Of a DNA stretch of 63,750 nucleotides, positions 1 through 11,077 are shown in pieces. Position numbers and translations under genes: made by a program. The stretch comes from Octopus bimaculoides. Taxonomy: Eukaryota. The notes beneath the pieces are model-generated. The model searched no databases, was not told the DNA's origin, and saw only the letters and a list, made by a program, of their open reading frames with translations. Every line of letters begins with the position of its first letter. Within the stretch, counting starts at the first letter, position 1. The stretch covers positions 41,823,389 through 41,887,138 of the forward strand of contig NC_068991.1 of assembly GCF_001194135.2 (NCBI RefSeq). Direction: 5' to 3'.

Positions 1-229
1 TATATATATATATATATATCAAAGTGAGATTGAGTGTGTGTGTAAACCCGCATAACTTCTGAAGTTCACAACTGATTTACTCCAAACTGAGAACATACAT
101 TATTTATGGTCCAGAGATGGTTTTAGACACTTAAAAATGTTACACGTGAGTAACGGACCCTCTGGGAGCAGAAAAATACCCTTTCCTGGGTTACTTCAAG
201 GGACGTAACTCTTTCCGAAGTAACTTTCA

Positions 230-884
230 GAAATTGATTGTTTCCCTAACATCCATTAGTCAAAAACATTATCACGATCTCAATTGGCTGTGTGAATGAG
301 CAAAACTGGCTCAAAAAAATAGCACTGTAAGTAAAATTAATGAGCAGCTGCTGCAGTACTTTCCTGGAAGTCCTCACATCTATAAGTCAGTTGATACTAT
401 TCAAGATCTAGAAGAGGTGGCAAATTACCCAATAGGATTTTTCAATTCATTGGAGCTTCCTCCCCACAGATTGGAACTTAAAGTGGAAACTCCAGTGTTG
501 TTATTGAAGAATTTGGATCCACCAACACTCTGCAGTGGGACACGCCTGATGGTAAAGAAGATTATGCCATATGTTACTGAGGCCACCATTCTCTGTGGAT
601 GTGGAAAAGGAGGGGATGTTTTCATACCCAGAATTCCTTTCATTCCATTGAGAGCAGAAATTTCTCTTTTATTCAGAAGACTGCAATTTCCTATTCGTAT
701 CAGCTTCGCAATGTCTATCAATAAATCCCAGCATCAAACACTGTCTGTGGTAGAACTTCACTTGGAAGAATCGTGCTTCTCACACGAGCAATTAAATGTT
801 AGCTGCTCTAGAGTGGGGAGCAAAAAAAAATCAATTTGCATTTCTTCCACAAAGGAAAACAAAGAATATTATCAGGAGATATAG
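230..884 (+). pseudogene. Helitron RepHel / Pif1-family helicase C-terminal fragment (decayed)
   Basis: ORF 417-884 reads YPIGFFNSLELPPHRLELKVETPVLLLKNLDPPTLCSGTRL...FIPRIP...RLQFPIRISFAMSINKSQHQTL...FSHEQLNVSCSRV, the Helitron Pif1 motifs with substitutions in conserved residues (SQGQT to SQHQT, HGQLYVA to HEQLNVS). The upstream frame WLCE*AKLAQKN...YKSVDT contains a stop. Confidence 0.9.
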
Positions 885-1199
885 TTTACTTTTCCGTTCA
901 GGTATGATCAACAAAAAAGTACTCCAACTTGTGAAAAATAAATATTGTTTAATATACACAGTATATAATTATGAGCTACTAATAGTTTCATAATTTGAAG
1001 ATATAATCTAGGCAGGTTTTAAAACACGCCAACTGTCTCCAAGTAATCTTTAGGCTCTGGGCGCATGGCCTATACATATTACGAATCAAGACAACAGAAC
1101 AAGAAAAAGCACGAGAGAAAACTAGATAAAGAAAAAGTAGAATGAAAATAACGCCAAAAGAAGAATTAGAGTTATGCTCCCTTTGACTGTATAGCTGCA

Positions 1200-1500
1200 G
1201 GATTAGATGGTGTAAAATCCGTTACCCAATCCAGAGAGGGTGATGTTCTCCAATTCGCCAAAAGCAATTTGTCCATATGGTTACATTTACTGAAGATTTC
1301 TCATCTGTAATTCTTAGATCTAAAAATATACGTGATCTTTCAGCGACACATAACTTGCATTTTTTTTTATACATTAACATATGGCATGGATTTTTGTAAT
1401 GATTTTCCACTTGATTGTATGTGGTGTGGAGTTGGTTTTAAAACCCTATACGTGACTAGCCAATTTAGTGGCTTTACTTTTATCTGTGTGCCGGAAAGAA
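1200..1500 (-). mobile_element. Penelope-like element, GIY-YIG endonuclease C-terminal fragment
   Basis: Minus strand gives KATKLASHV*GFKTNSTPHTIKWKII...KKCKLCVAERSRI with frameshifts, matching the PLE C-terminal pattern T.LS..W......Y.I.WKI...KC.LC..EK. Confidence 0.7.
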
Positions 1501-1554
1501 GATAGGTGCTTAACATAGCGACTTATGCAATTGCCTTCGCACAATCCGATGTAA

Positions 1555-1664
1555 TTGTTTAATCTACTAAACAAAAGTTATAAAAATCAGTTTTGTTTAG
1601 TAGATTAAAAACAATCTTGTTTAGTAGATTAAAAACAATCTTGTTAAATAGATTAAAAACAATC
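1555..1664. repeat. 19-bp perfect inverted repeat followed by a 24-bp tandem triplication
   Basis: TTTAATCTACTAAACAAAA (1558-1576) and TTTTGTTTAGTAGATTAAA (1591-1609) are perfect reverse complements. Unit TTGTTTAGTAGATTAAAAACAATC occurs at 1593, 1617 and 1641 (third copy has 2 substitutions). Confidence 0.9.
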
Positions 1665-2137
1665 AGCATCGCCAAATGGCTGACACCATATCTTAATCTC
1701 CAAATGCCTCTAATTTCTGTAGAGATTTGCTGAGGACTTTCTCTTATACAGTGTATCTAAGATAAGTGAGCTTAGTGGAACCTATATCCCTCTAAGCTAT
1801 ACTCTCCAGACGAGTTCAACCCAGCAATGAGAAATAACGAAATACATATTAATTCTACTGTGTTACGATCGTTATTTACAGTGAGATGGAGTGAACTATT
1901 TTAAAAATTAAACATTGGAGCTATGAATAAAACACAAATGTGATGACAAATATATGAACTGTTGCTTTCGTAGGTGGCATGGCCAAACACTAGTGAACAT
2001 AAAGTGCAGGAACAAAATTTGCTTAAGGAGTACAAACCAGTTTTTCAGAGGGATGTTCAAAGCGTTTTCATTGCACTCTAAATATTTTAGGGGGTACCTC
2101 TACTTGTACCCTCTACACACCCTATTCCTGAGTTAGT

Positions 2138-2562
2138 GAGTATGAATTCGGATGTATTTTGTTGGGAAGTACAGGTATCAGTAAACCGCAATGGGGAGTG
2201 TAGGTGTAAGAAGACTTCAGTGATGAGTATAGGTGAGGACAGGCTTCATTGTAGAGTATAAAAGTAGGCAGATCTGGCAGAGAAATACAGGCGTTGGCAG
2301 ATCTCAGTGGAGAGTATAGGCATAGGCAGCCCTGGCAGAGGAGAATGGGTGTAAACAGGCATTACTGCAGAGTACAAACTTTACAATATAGTACAAATGT
2401 AGTCAAATCTTCCAGTAGAGTACAGATGTAAGTAGACCTTGGCGGAGAATAGGAACGTAGGGAAATCCGATAGGAGAGTATGGGTATAAACAGAGCTTGC
2501 TGGAATGTTTAAGTGTAGGTAGACCTCACTGCAGAATACAGGTGTAGATAGGAGCTTATGGT
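2138..2562. repeat. Degenerate 29-bp minisatellite: 14 full units plus one 19-bp truncated unit
   Basis: Units start at 2138, 2167, 2196, 2225, 2254, 2283, 2312, 2341, (2370 short), 2389, 2418, 2447, 2476, 2505 and 2534. Approximate consensus GAGTAYAGGTGTAGGCAGAYCT(N4)GGA. Confidence 0.85.
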
Positions 2563-2907
2563 GTGGTTTTGGTTCTCCATTAGAATCATGCCAACTCATT
2601 ATAAGTTGATGACGCATGAACGTCACGACATCAAAGTTTCTCTTAGGAAAAATGACTGACTCTATACATATATAAGAACGAATTATGTAAAGAATTTCGC
2701 AGAATGAAGTAACAAAGGTTTTGCAGACAAGCATGACAACTGCAACAATAAAAAACAAAGAATATTTATTACTTTGAGTTATAATTGGATGGAATCCATG
2801 CAGATGTAAAGGGGAAGTCATGGGTTGTGGAATGGCTGCAGGAACTAATTTGTTCTTCCGAGTTTCAAAACAGAAATGGAATTTCCGGCTGAGGAGAAAA
2901 AAGACTA

Positions 2908-2979
2908 TGCCTACCTACCTACCTACCTACCTACCTACTTACATACATATATATGTATATATACATACACATATTTATA

Positions 2980-3010
<31 letters not shown>

Positions 3011-3396
3011 GCATATAAACAATACATACATGTATGTATGTGTACATGTGCATGTGTGTGTGCCTGTTTGTGTGTGTATGTGTGTGTGAGTGTTTGCCTG
3101 TTTGGTTATTATGGTCGTCCAACCATCTTTTTTGTTTGTTTGTTTAGTTGCTGCTGCTATTGCAGTTGCTGTTGTTGTTGTTGTTGTTTTAGTTGTTACT
3201 GTTGTTATTGATATTGTTGCTGCTGTAGTTGTTAATTTAGGCACTGATGGTTATTGCTTTAGATATTTCTTTTTAGATATATTTGTTATTGTTGTCGGTT
3301 ATGATTGGTATTTTAGTCTATTGTAACAGTGACGGTTATTTGTTCCTCTTTTGCATATCTAGAGTAGTAGTAGTAGTAGTGGTGGTGGCGGTGGTG

Positions 3397-3439
<43 letters not shown>

Positions 3440-3500
3440 CAGTATATGCATGTTGAGTTAATTCCGACAGTAGTAATATGGTGATAGTTATTGTTATAGG
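2908..3500. repeat. Compound microsatellites (CTAC/CATA/GT, then GTT/GCT, TAG/GTG)
   Basis: Directly visible simple repeats. They produce the low-complexity ORFs in the track. Confidence 0.95.
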
Positions 3501-3736
3501 GGGATAGTTTATCCCCGAGACATCTTTCATCCAGTAGACCTACTTCCACCCGAGGGCTCAGCTTTTCTTCTCAATTCAGCCCCTTCACTTAATTACCAAG
3601 ATTTATGTTATAGGCCTATTCAAGTTATTTCCCTTTTTAAAAATTCTTTTTAGTAATGTAAATTATCCTGACCAAAAATATTCCTGTACCTTTTTTGTAT
3701 ATTGCAAATACGGAAATTGTTTTCCTCATGCATATA

Positions 3737-4130
3737 GGCGCAGGCGTGGCTGTGTGGTAAAAAACTTGCTTACCAATCACACGGTTCCGGGTTCAGTCCC
3801 ACTGCGTGGCACTTTGGGCAAATTTCTTCTACTGTAGCCTTTAGCCGAACAAAATTTTGTGAGAGGATTTGGTAGACGAGATATATGTTAATGTATATAT
3901 CTATGTGTGTCTTTGTGTCTGTATCTGTCCCCCACCACGGCTTGACAACCGGTCTTGGTGTGTTTACGTCCCCGTAGCTTAGCGGTTCGGCAAAAGAGAC
4001 CGATAGCATAAATACTAAGCTTTAAAAAATAATAAGCCCTGGAGGCGATTTGTTCGACTAAGACCCTTCGATGCTGTGCCTCTGCGCGGCCGCAATCAAA
4101 TGACTGAAACAAGTAAAAAAATAAAAGATA
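3737..4130 (+). mobile_element. tRNA-derived SINE, CORE-like type (resembles octopus OR-type SINE)
   Basis: tRNA-like head GGCGCAGGCGTGGCTGTGTGGTA...GGTTCAGTCCC, CORE-like GGCACTTTGGGCAA segment, and tail GACTGAAACAAGTAAAA. An opposite-strand copy lies at 49849-50267. The family name is from memory. Confidence 0.85.
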
Positions 4131-5251
4131 CATGCAATATAGGCGGCCTTCACACCTATAGCATTCAACAATGTCGTCACTTGTGTGNNNNNNNNNNNNN
4201 NNNNNNNNNNNNNNNNNNNNNNNNNNNNNNNNNNNNNNNNNNNNNNNNNNNNNNNNNNNNNNNNNNNNNNNNNNNNNNNNNNNNNNNNNNNNNNNNNNNN
4301 NNNNNNNNNNNNNNNNNNNNNNNNNNNNNNNNNNNNNNNNNNNNNNNNNNNNNNNNNNNNNNNNNNNNNNNNNNNNNNNNNNNNNNNNNNNNNNNNNNNN
4401 NNNNNNNNNNNNNNNNNNNNNNNNNNNNNNNNNNNNNNNNNNNNNNNNNNNNNNNNNNNNNNNNNNNNNNNNNNNNNNNNNNNNNNNNNNNNNNNNNNNN
4501 NNNNNNNNNNNNNNNNNNNNNNNNNNNNNNNNNNNNNNNNNNNNNNNNNNNNNNNNNNNNNNNNNNNNNNNNNNNNNNNNNNNNNNNNNNNNNNNNNNNN
4601 NNNNNNNNNNNNNNNNNNNNNNNNNNNNNNNNNNNNNNNNNNNNNNNNNNNNNNNNNNNNNNNNNNNNNNNNNNNNNNNNNNNNNNNNNNNNNNNNNNNN
4701 NNNNNNNNNNNNNNNNNNNNNNNNNNNNNNNNNNNNNNNNNNNNNNNNNNNNNNNNNNNNNNNNNNNNNNNNNNNNNNNNNNNNNNNNNNNNNNNNNNNN
4801 NNNNNNNNNNNNNNNNNNNNNNNNNNNNNNNNNNNNNNNNNNNNNNNNNNNNNNNNNNNNNNNNNNNNNNNNNNNNNNNNNNNNNNNNNNNNNNNNNNNN
4901 NNNNNNNNNNNNNNNNNNNNNNNNNNNNNNNNNNNNNNNNNNNNNNNNNNNNNNNNNNNNNNNNNNNNNNNNNNNNNNNNNNNNNNNNNNNNNNNNNNNN
5001 NNNNNNNNNNNNNNNNNNNNNNNNNNNNNNNNNNNNNNNNNNNNNNNNNNNNNNNNNNNNNNNNNNNNNNNNNNNNNNNNNNNNNNNNNNNNNNNNNNNN
5101 NNNNNNNNNNNNNNNNNNNNNNNNNNNNNNNNNNNNNNNNNNNNNNNNNNNNNNNNNNNNNNNNNNNNNNNNNGACGCAGTTACTATAATTGAATTGTTG
5201 CTGTCGTTACAGTCACCATCGTCCTTGTAGTTGTTGCTGTTGTTGCCGCTA

Positions 5252-5292
<41 letters not shown>

Positions 5293-5554
5293 ATTTATGC
5301 AGTTCTTATTGTTATTTCTGCTGCTATTTATTGTTGCTGAAGTTTATGAGTTATAGTTGTTGTTGTTGTTTTTGACTGCTGTAATGGTGGAGGCGGCATT
5401 TAATTAATTTGCTATTATTTTAATGTCAGCTGCTCTTTCCTTTCTTCTTTTTTTGTTGTTGCTGATGCTGCTGTTGTTGTATATCTACTTTTTGTTGTTT
5501 GCACTGTTTTGCCTCTGCTATTTTACCGGCTGTTGCAACAGCTATTGTTGCTCT

Positions 5555-5962
5555 CTAACCCAAAGTCAGCGTCGAGTAAGCAGACCTATGATCAAATACG
5601 TCCTAGTCGGGACCACGCCATCTTTTTGTATTACCATAACTACATTATTCAAAGTGTCTTATTTTTAAGTATGTAAGTTGTGTTTTGAGGGAAATTTGGC
5701 TGTTATTTGTAACAGGTCGAGCGACCGTGTAGAGGCATCCCCACGTTAACTCCAAGTAAAATCTGCTGTTGGTGTCGCTGTTTAGCCCTGATCGAAGAAA
5801 TCAATGATAAAAGGTATTCTAGTCACGGCCATCATGTCTTATTTGTATATCAGGAACTACATTGTTCATTATATCCTTTTATTTTGCAGACAGTAAGGCG
5901 TGATTTGAGGGAAATTCAGCTGCTATTTCCAGTTGGTCGAACGACCATGTAAAAACCCTCTT
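5555..5962. repeat. Two diverged tandem copies of a ~190-bp dispersed repeat
   Basis: Both copies share GAGGGAAATT.GGCTG.TATTT...GGTCGA.CGACC.TGTA. Similar fragments appear near 27030-27140, 49540-49690, 55030-55140 and 58290-58420. Confidence 0.6.
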
Positions 5963-6117
5963 CTTAAACGTCGAGATGAACCGACGTACATGAACATTAC
6001 TTTACAGGGTAGGGAGGTATTGTTAGGCTGCGATACAGCAGGTAGACACCCAGATGGTACTCTCGTCTGTCAGAAAACACCTTCGTCTCTCTCTTCGTCT
6101 CTCTCTTCCTCTCTCTC

Positions 6118-6161
<44 letters not shown>

Positions 6162-6329
6162 TTTCTCTCTTTCTTTTACACGTTCTGTTTCTTTCTTCAG
6201 TGATGTAGTTGGTATAAGTGGCCGAATGAGGTACGAGATAGTCAGAGAGGGTGTAATATGCATTGGGTGGAAGCGCAGGTAGTGTTTTGATTACATATAT
6301 AGATATACCTACATAAGCTCTCTTATAAT

Positions 6330-6524
6330 CCTTTCTATTATAGGCGCAAGGTCTGAAATTTGCTGGGAGGTGGTAAGTTGATCACATCGACCTTAATTTA
6401 TTGACCCCGAAAGGATGAAAGACAAAGTCGACCTCGGCGAAATTTGAACTCAGAACGTAAAGACGGGCAAAATACCGCTAAGCATTTTGCCCGGTGTGCT
6501 AACGATTCTGCCAGCTCACCGCTT
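6330..6524 (-). mobile_element. tRNA-derived SINE (GGCGG.GAGCTGGCAGAATCGTTAGCAC family) with 16-bp TSD
   Basis: Central domain GTCGACTTTG.CTTTCATCCTTTCGGGGTC.ATAAA. Flanked by TAAGCTCTCTTATAAT (6314-6329) and TAAGCACTCTTATAAT (6525-6540). Confidence 0.9.
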
Positions 6525-6859
6525 TAAGCACTCTTATAATAAGAATTGTTCAGAAGCTGGTTATGGAAAAAGAGTTTGTGCGATAGACTAAACTTTCTTT
6601 TTCGGCCAAGCCTTCATCATCTTACCCAAATAACAACACCAACAATAGCAACAACATTGGTATAAATGGTGACGGTGGTTGTTGTTGTTGTTGGTTGTGA
6701 CATTAATGGTCATATCGTTACTCAAGCTTTCCGCTTTTCCTTTCCACCAATCTGCCTTTAGCTGCTACCAAGATTTCGAAACTCTTCCGTAACTAGTGGT
6801 TGGAAAGATGGAGTGCTGCTAAAATTCACCTTCAGATTCTGAAATAACAGACGTTATGT

Positions 6860-8020
6860 CTGTCTGCTTAGAAGAGATGTTTCAAAGACCGAGTGGGTTT
6901 CCCTACAAACGTTATTCTGGCATGCTAGAATTGCTACTTTACTCTTGGCAGATGTCTAACAGAACTGGTAGCAAACTGGGAGAATTTCCCAGTTGTGTGA
7001 AGTAGAGTGGTAACGTCGCTGAAAAAGGACTCGAAGAAGGACGTCTTCATAGAAAATTTCAGCTCATGACTCTTTGGAATGCAGAGTCAAAGACTTAGGC
7101 CAAAATAGTGGACACCTTTTGCAAGTAGTATGGACGGACCCGCACAAATTTGTTCGATCTTGGACAGATTAATTAAAGAAAACCCCACTTTAGTGATATG
7201 ACATAGACAGTTGGGTTTAGATCTAGAGGGTATTTACCAATTTGCATCGATATAAAACGTTCGAAAGCCCCAGCGCTAGGATTACTACATTGTGCAGTGG
7301 CATCTTGCTTGTTGGTAGTATCAAATAATCACCTTATAGGACTGTTTGGTGTAGCACACTCGGTCCGTCAAAGAAATTCCTCTCGTTTATTATGTACACT
7401 TTAGTTATTGAGCCTCTGCTACGAAAGCTTGAAAGGTGGGGACGGAGGCTGAGGAACATCTTGCTAAGTCAGATGCTGAAGAGCAGTGTCGTTTTACGCG
7501 GACGGCGTCACCGCTATGATGTGGGACACAACAAAAATTAAGGTGATCAGTACCAAATATAAGCTGATAATAGGAGCACTCATTAATCGGGACAAGGTGG
7601 TGGGCTTGCAGTTCGGTACCTAGAGAAGTAAATCTATGCTGGTCATTGGCTGTGTTACATTTAGTGGACTATTTAAGAGGTCTGAGCTCTGGTGTGTCCA
7701 GACATTCAAGTGAACAGGATCTGGGATGATATTACGAGCTTGGGTAACTAGTCTCACCTAGAAATAAGCTGAGAAAACCTATCCTTGAAAGCCAGATACC
7801 ACCGGCAGACTGATATACCATGTGTGTAGGCATGCGTTGAAACTGAGTATCTAGAAAAATTCCTATATGGTGCATAGGAGTAGTCGTCATTTGTAAAGTA
7901 TATTCCCCCATAACTTGTATCTCACACACTTTTTATGGTCTCCCAGCATGTTTGTTTGTAACCAGTTTCTACAAAATGTTTTGCAAGTATGTGTGAGGCT
8001 TCTTGTGGCCAATAAACAAG
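6860..8020 (+). mobile_element. Old, degenerate L1/Tx1-clade LINE (RT and 3' end)
   Basis: Frameshifted remnants align to the Tx1 RT at 18000-18800 (LPY.., TLLKKD..K, NF...TL.NAE.K, FYADGVT, ALINRDK.VGLQFGT). Its 3' end CTTGTGGCCAATAAAC matches 20214-20229. Confidence 0.75.
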
Positions 8021-8478
8021 AGGTCTGTTGTAATGTGCTCAGGCATGTGTGTGTTCGGTGGGAAGAAGAGGTACTTTAAATCTTCTTCTTCTTCTTCTTC
8101 TTCTTCTTCTTCTTTTTCTTCTCCTCCTCCTCCTCCTCCTCCTCCTCCTCCTCCTCTTCCTTCTTCTTCTTCTTCNNNNNNNNNNNNNNNNNNNNNNNNN
8201 NNNNNNNNNNNNNNNNNNNNNNNNNNNNNNNNNNNNNNNNNNNNNNNNNNNNNNNNNNNNNNNNNNNNNNNNNNNNNNNNNNNNNNNNNNNNNNNNNNNN
8301 NNNNNNNNNNNNNNNNNNNNNNNNNNNNNNNNNNNNNNNNNNNNNNNNNNNNNNNNNNNNNNNNNNNNNNNNNNNNNNNNNNNNNNNNNNNNNNNNNNNN
8401 NNNNNNNNNNNNNNNNNNNNNNNNNNNNNNNNNNNNNNNNNNNNNNNNNNTTATTATTATTATTATTATTATTATTTA

Positions 8479-10706
8479 TTGTCTCACGCTGGAGATGTAT
8501 TACAGTGCCGGCTGTTCACGACCAGTGAACCATAGCCATCTTTTTTCACTGTTTGTCTTATCTTCAACATCCTTATGAAATTGCCCATGCATTCTTTTCT
8601 TTACCCACCTATTTTCAGTTTCATTCATTTTCAAGTGCTTGTACAATGCTTTATCTTTGCAATCTTCCATCCTACACAAGTCTGACCTTCTTACGTCCAA
8701 TAATAATGTTTCTGTGGCATTTTTTTTACATACTATGCTATGATGTTTTCTTCTGCTCTAATGCTGTGTTCGCACCCAATCAGTCCTCTTCCTTCTCTTT
8801 TCTTCGTACATACAATCTATCCGTGTCACTTTTTTGGTGGAGTATCCCATATCTAGTCAGCAACTTCTTTGTCTTTCTGTCTAAGCTACTTAGTTCGTCT
8901 ATTGTTCATGCGATTACCCTTGTTCCATATCTAAGTAGTGAAACCGCCCAGGTTTCATTCTTATTCCGTCCGTTTAATTTCGACTTAAGAATCGGTCTCA
9001 GTCTGCACAAGTACTCCACCTTAAATTTTTCTGTCATTTCTTTCTCCATCAATTTATCCATTTCCAATATCCTTGAGAACTTATAGCCGTCTCTTCTATC
9101 TGCTTCATAATCTCCCATGACAGTATCGCTAGCCCGTCGATACATTTGATTTTGCCTCTCTTCAAGACTAACACACCAAACGTTTTCAGTCCGAACTCCA
9201 TTCTGATATCAGCACTGAAAGCATACACCGTACCAACGTGGGAACTGACTTGGGATTCATCTTTACCATAAAGTTTGAGGTCATCCATGAATAACAAATG
9301 GTTGACTTTTTGTTGGCGGTTTTGAATATATACCCAGCCTTTGCTTTCCTCAGAATCAGTATTAGTGATATCATGCACAATACAAAGATCAGTGGGGACA
9401 GGCAGTCCCTTTGGAAGATGCCTCTCCTGATTTCTATTGCCCCTAAACTTCTTCCATATGCTGTCAGTTCCGTTCTCCACTTCGCCATACTTTTTCCAAG
9501 CAATCGCTCAACATTCGATGCAATACCAAATAGGTTCATACATTCCATAATTCAAGAATGTGGGATCATATCGTACGCCTTACGATAATCGATCCATGAC
9601 ATGCCTAAGTTAGTTTTCTTCCTCTTGCAGTCTCTAAGTACAGTTTTGTCTACCAGGAGTTGATCTTTGGTACCTCTGCACTTACGCTAGCAACCCTTCT
9701 GCTCATGTGTCAGGACTCCATTTTCCCCCAGATGTCCGTACATTGACTCTGCGACTATTCCAGTCAATAATTTACACATAAGTGACAAGTAGGATATCGG
9801 CCTGTAATTGTCTACCGTATTACCTTTCTCGATGTTTTTGAAGCACAGCACTGTCCTACGCATTGTCAACTACTCTGGTGTTACTTGGTTGGTTTTTAAC
9901 AAGGTGCTGAGTTGTGTAGCTATTCATGTATGACATTCACCAAATCTTTTGATCCAGTAGCCTTGAACTCCATCGCGCCCTGGGGCCTTCCAGTTGCTCA
10001 TTTTTCTGCTGATTTCCTTCACTTCCCTAACTGAAATGAATAGTTCTGCCTGTTTGGAATAGACTACTGTTTGTTTCAGTTCTTGCAACAATTCAGCATC
10101 CTTCTTGTGCTCCTTTTCTTTGCTCCAAGTGTCACTCCAAAACCTTTGACTTTCAATGTTATCTGGTATCAACTTTTCATATGTACACTCTCCATTTATT
10201 TCTTTGTAGAATCCCTTCTGATCTACTCTGAATAACCTATTCTGTTGGTATCCCTTCATTTCTTGGTCGCATCTTACCATCTTTGCTTTCTTTGCAACGA
10301 GGCGCTGTTTCAGTTCCTCCATTATCACTTTCAGGCCCTTTCTTTTAATACCTTACTTCCTGTTCAGTGCCCTGTATCTTTGTTCGCTTTTAAGCTTCCT
10401 TTTCTCTTTTAGGTCTAACAGAAATATCTTTCGAGCGCATATCTAACCCCACCTGTATTCTTCTTTTCCACCATTAGTTTTATTGTCTACTTCCAAACCA
10501 TCTATATGTCTCTCATCGAGCAAGCTATCATTGTTCCTTTCCTGTGGTTTATTAAAGATTTCACCTCTGTTTTCTGCTATGAGATTACTTTTATCAGTAG
10601 GAACAGTATTTTCATTGTTTCCTCTGCTGCTGTTTTCCAGTACCCGATTTTTGATATCTTCGAGCTCTACTTCAGCGAACCAATGAGTTTTGTTATTGCT
10701 CTAGCT
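8479..10706 (-). mobile_element. R4/Dong-clade RLE non-LTR retrotransposon, internally deleted
   Basis: RT motifs [59 protein letters not shown] and WAVSLLRY, with frameshifts. 3' side abuts (TAA)n at 8451-8478; 5' side abuts (ATC)n. Confidence 0.9.
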
Positions 10707-10707
10707 T

Positions 10708-10799
<92 letters not shown>

Positions 10800-10807
10800 T
10801 ATTATGA

Positions 10808-11018
10808 AGGCGGCGAGCTGGCAAAATCGTTAGCACGTCGGGAAAAATGATTAGGGGCATTTCGTTCGTCCTTACGTTCAGGGTTCAAATTCCGCTGAGG
10901 TCGACTTTGTCTTTTATCCTTTATGGTCGATAAAATAAGTACCAGTTGAGTACGGGGTCGATGTAATCGACTTATCTCCTCCCCGAAATTGCTGACTTTG
11001 TGCCAAAATTTGAAATCA
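10808..11018 (+). mobile_element. tRNA-derived SINE with (ATT)n tail
   Basis: Same family as 6330-6524. Followed by (ATT)n at 11017-11077. Confidence 0.9.
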
Positions 11019-11021
11019 TTA

Positions 11022-11067
<46 letters not shown>

Positions 11068-11077
11068 TATTATTATA

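Noticed and set aside
1593-2562. 24-bp and 29-bp arrays as CRISPR-like
   Set aside because: No constant repeat alternating with unique spacers, no cas genes, and a eukaryotic context.
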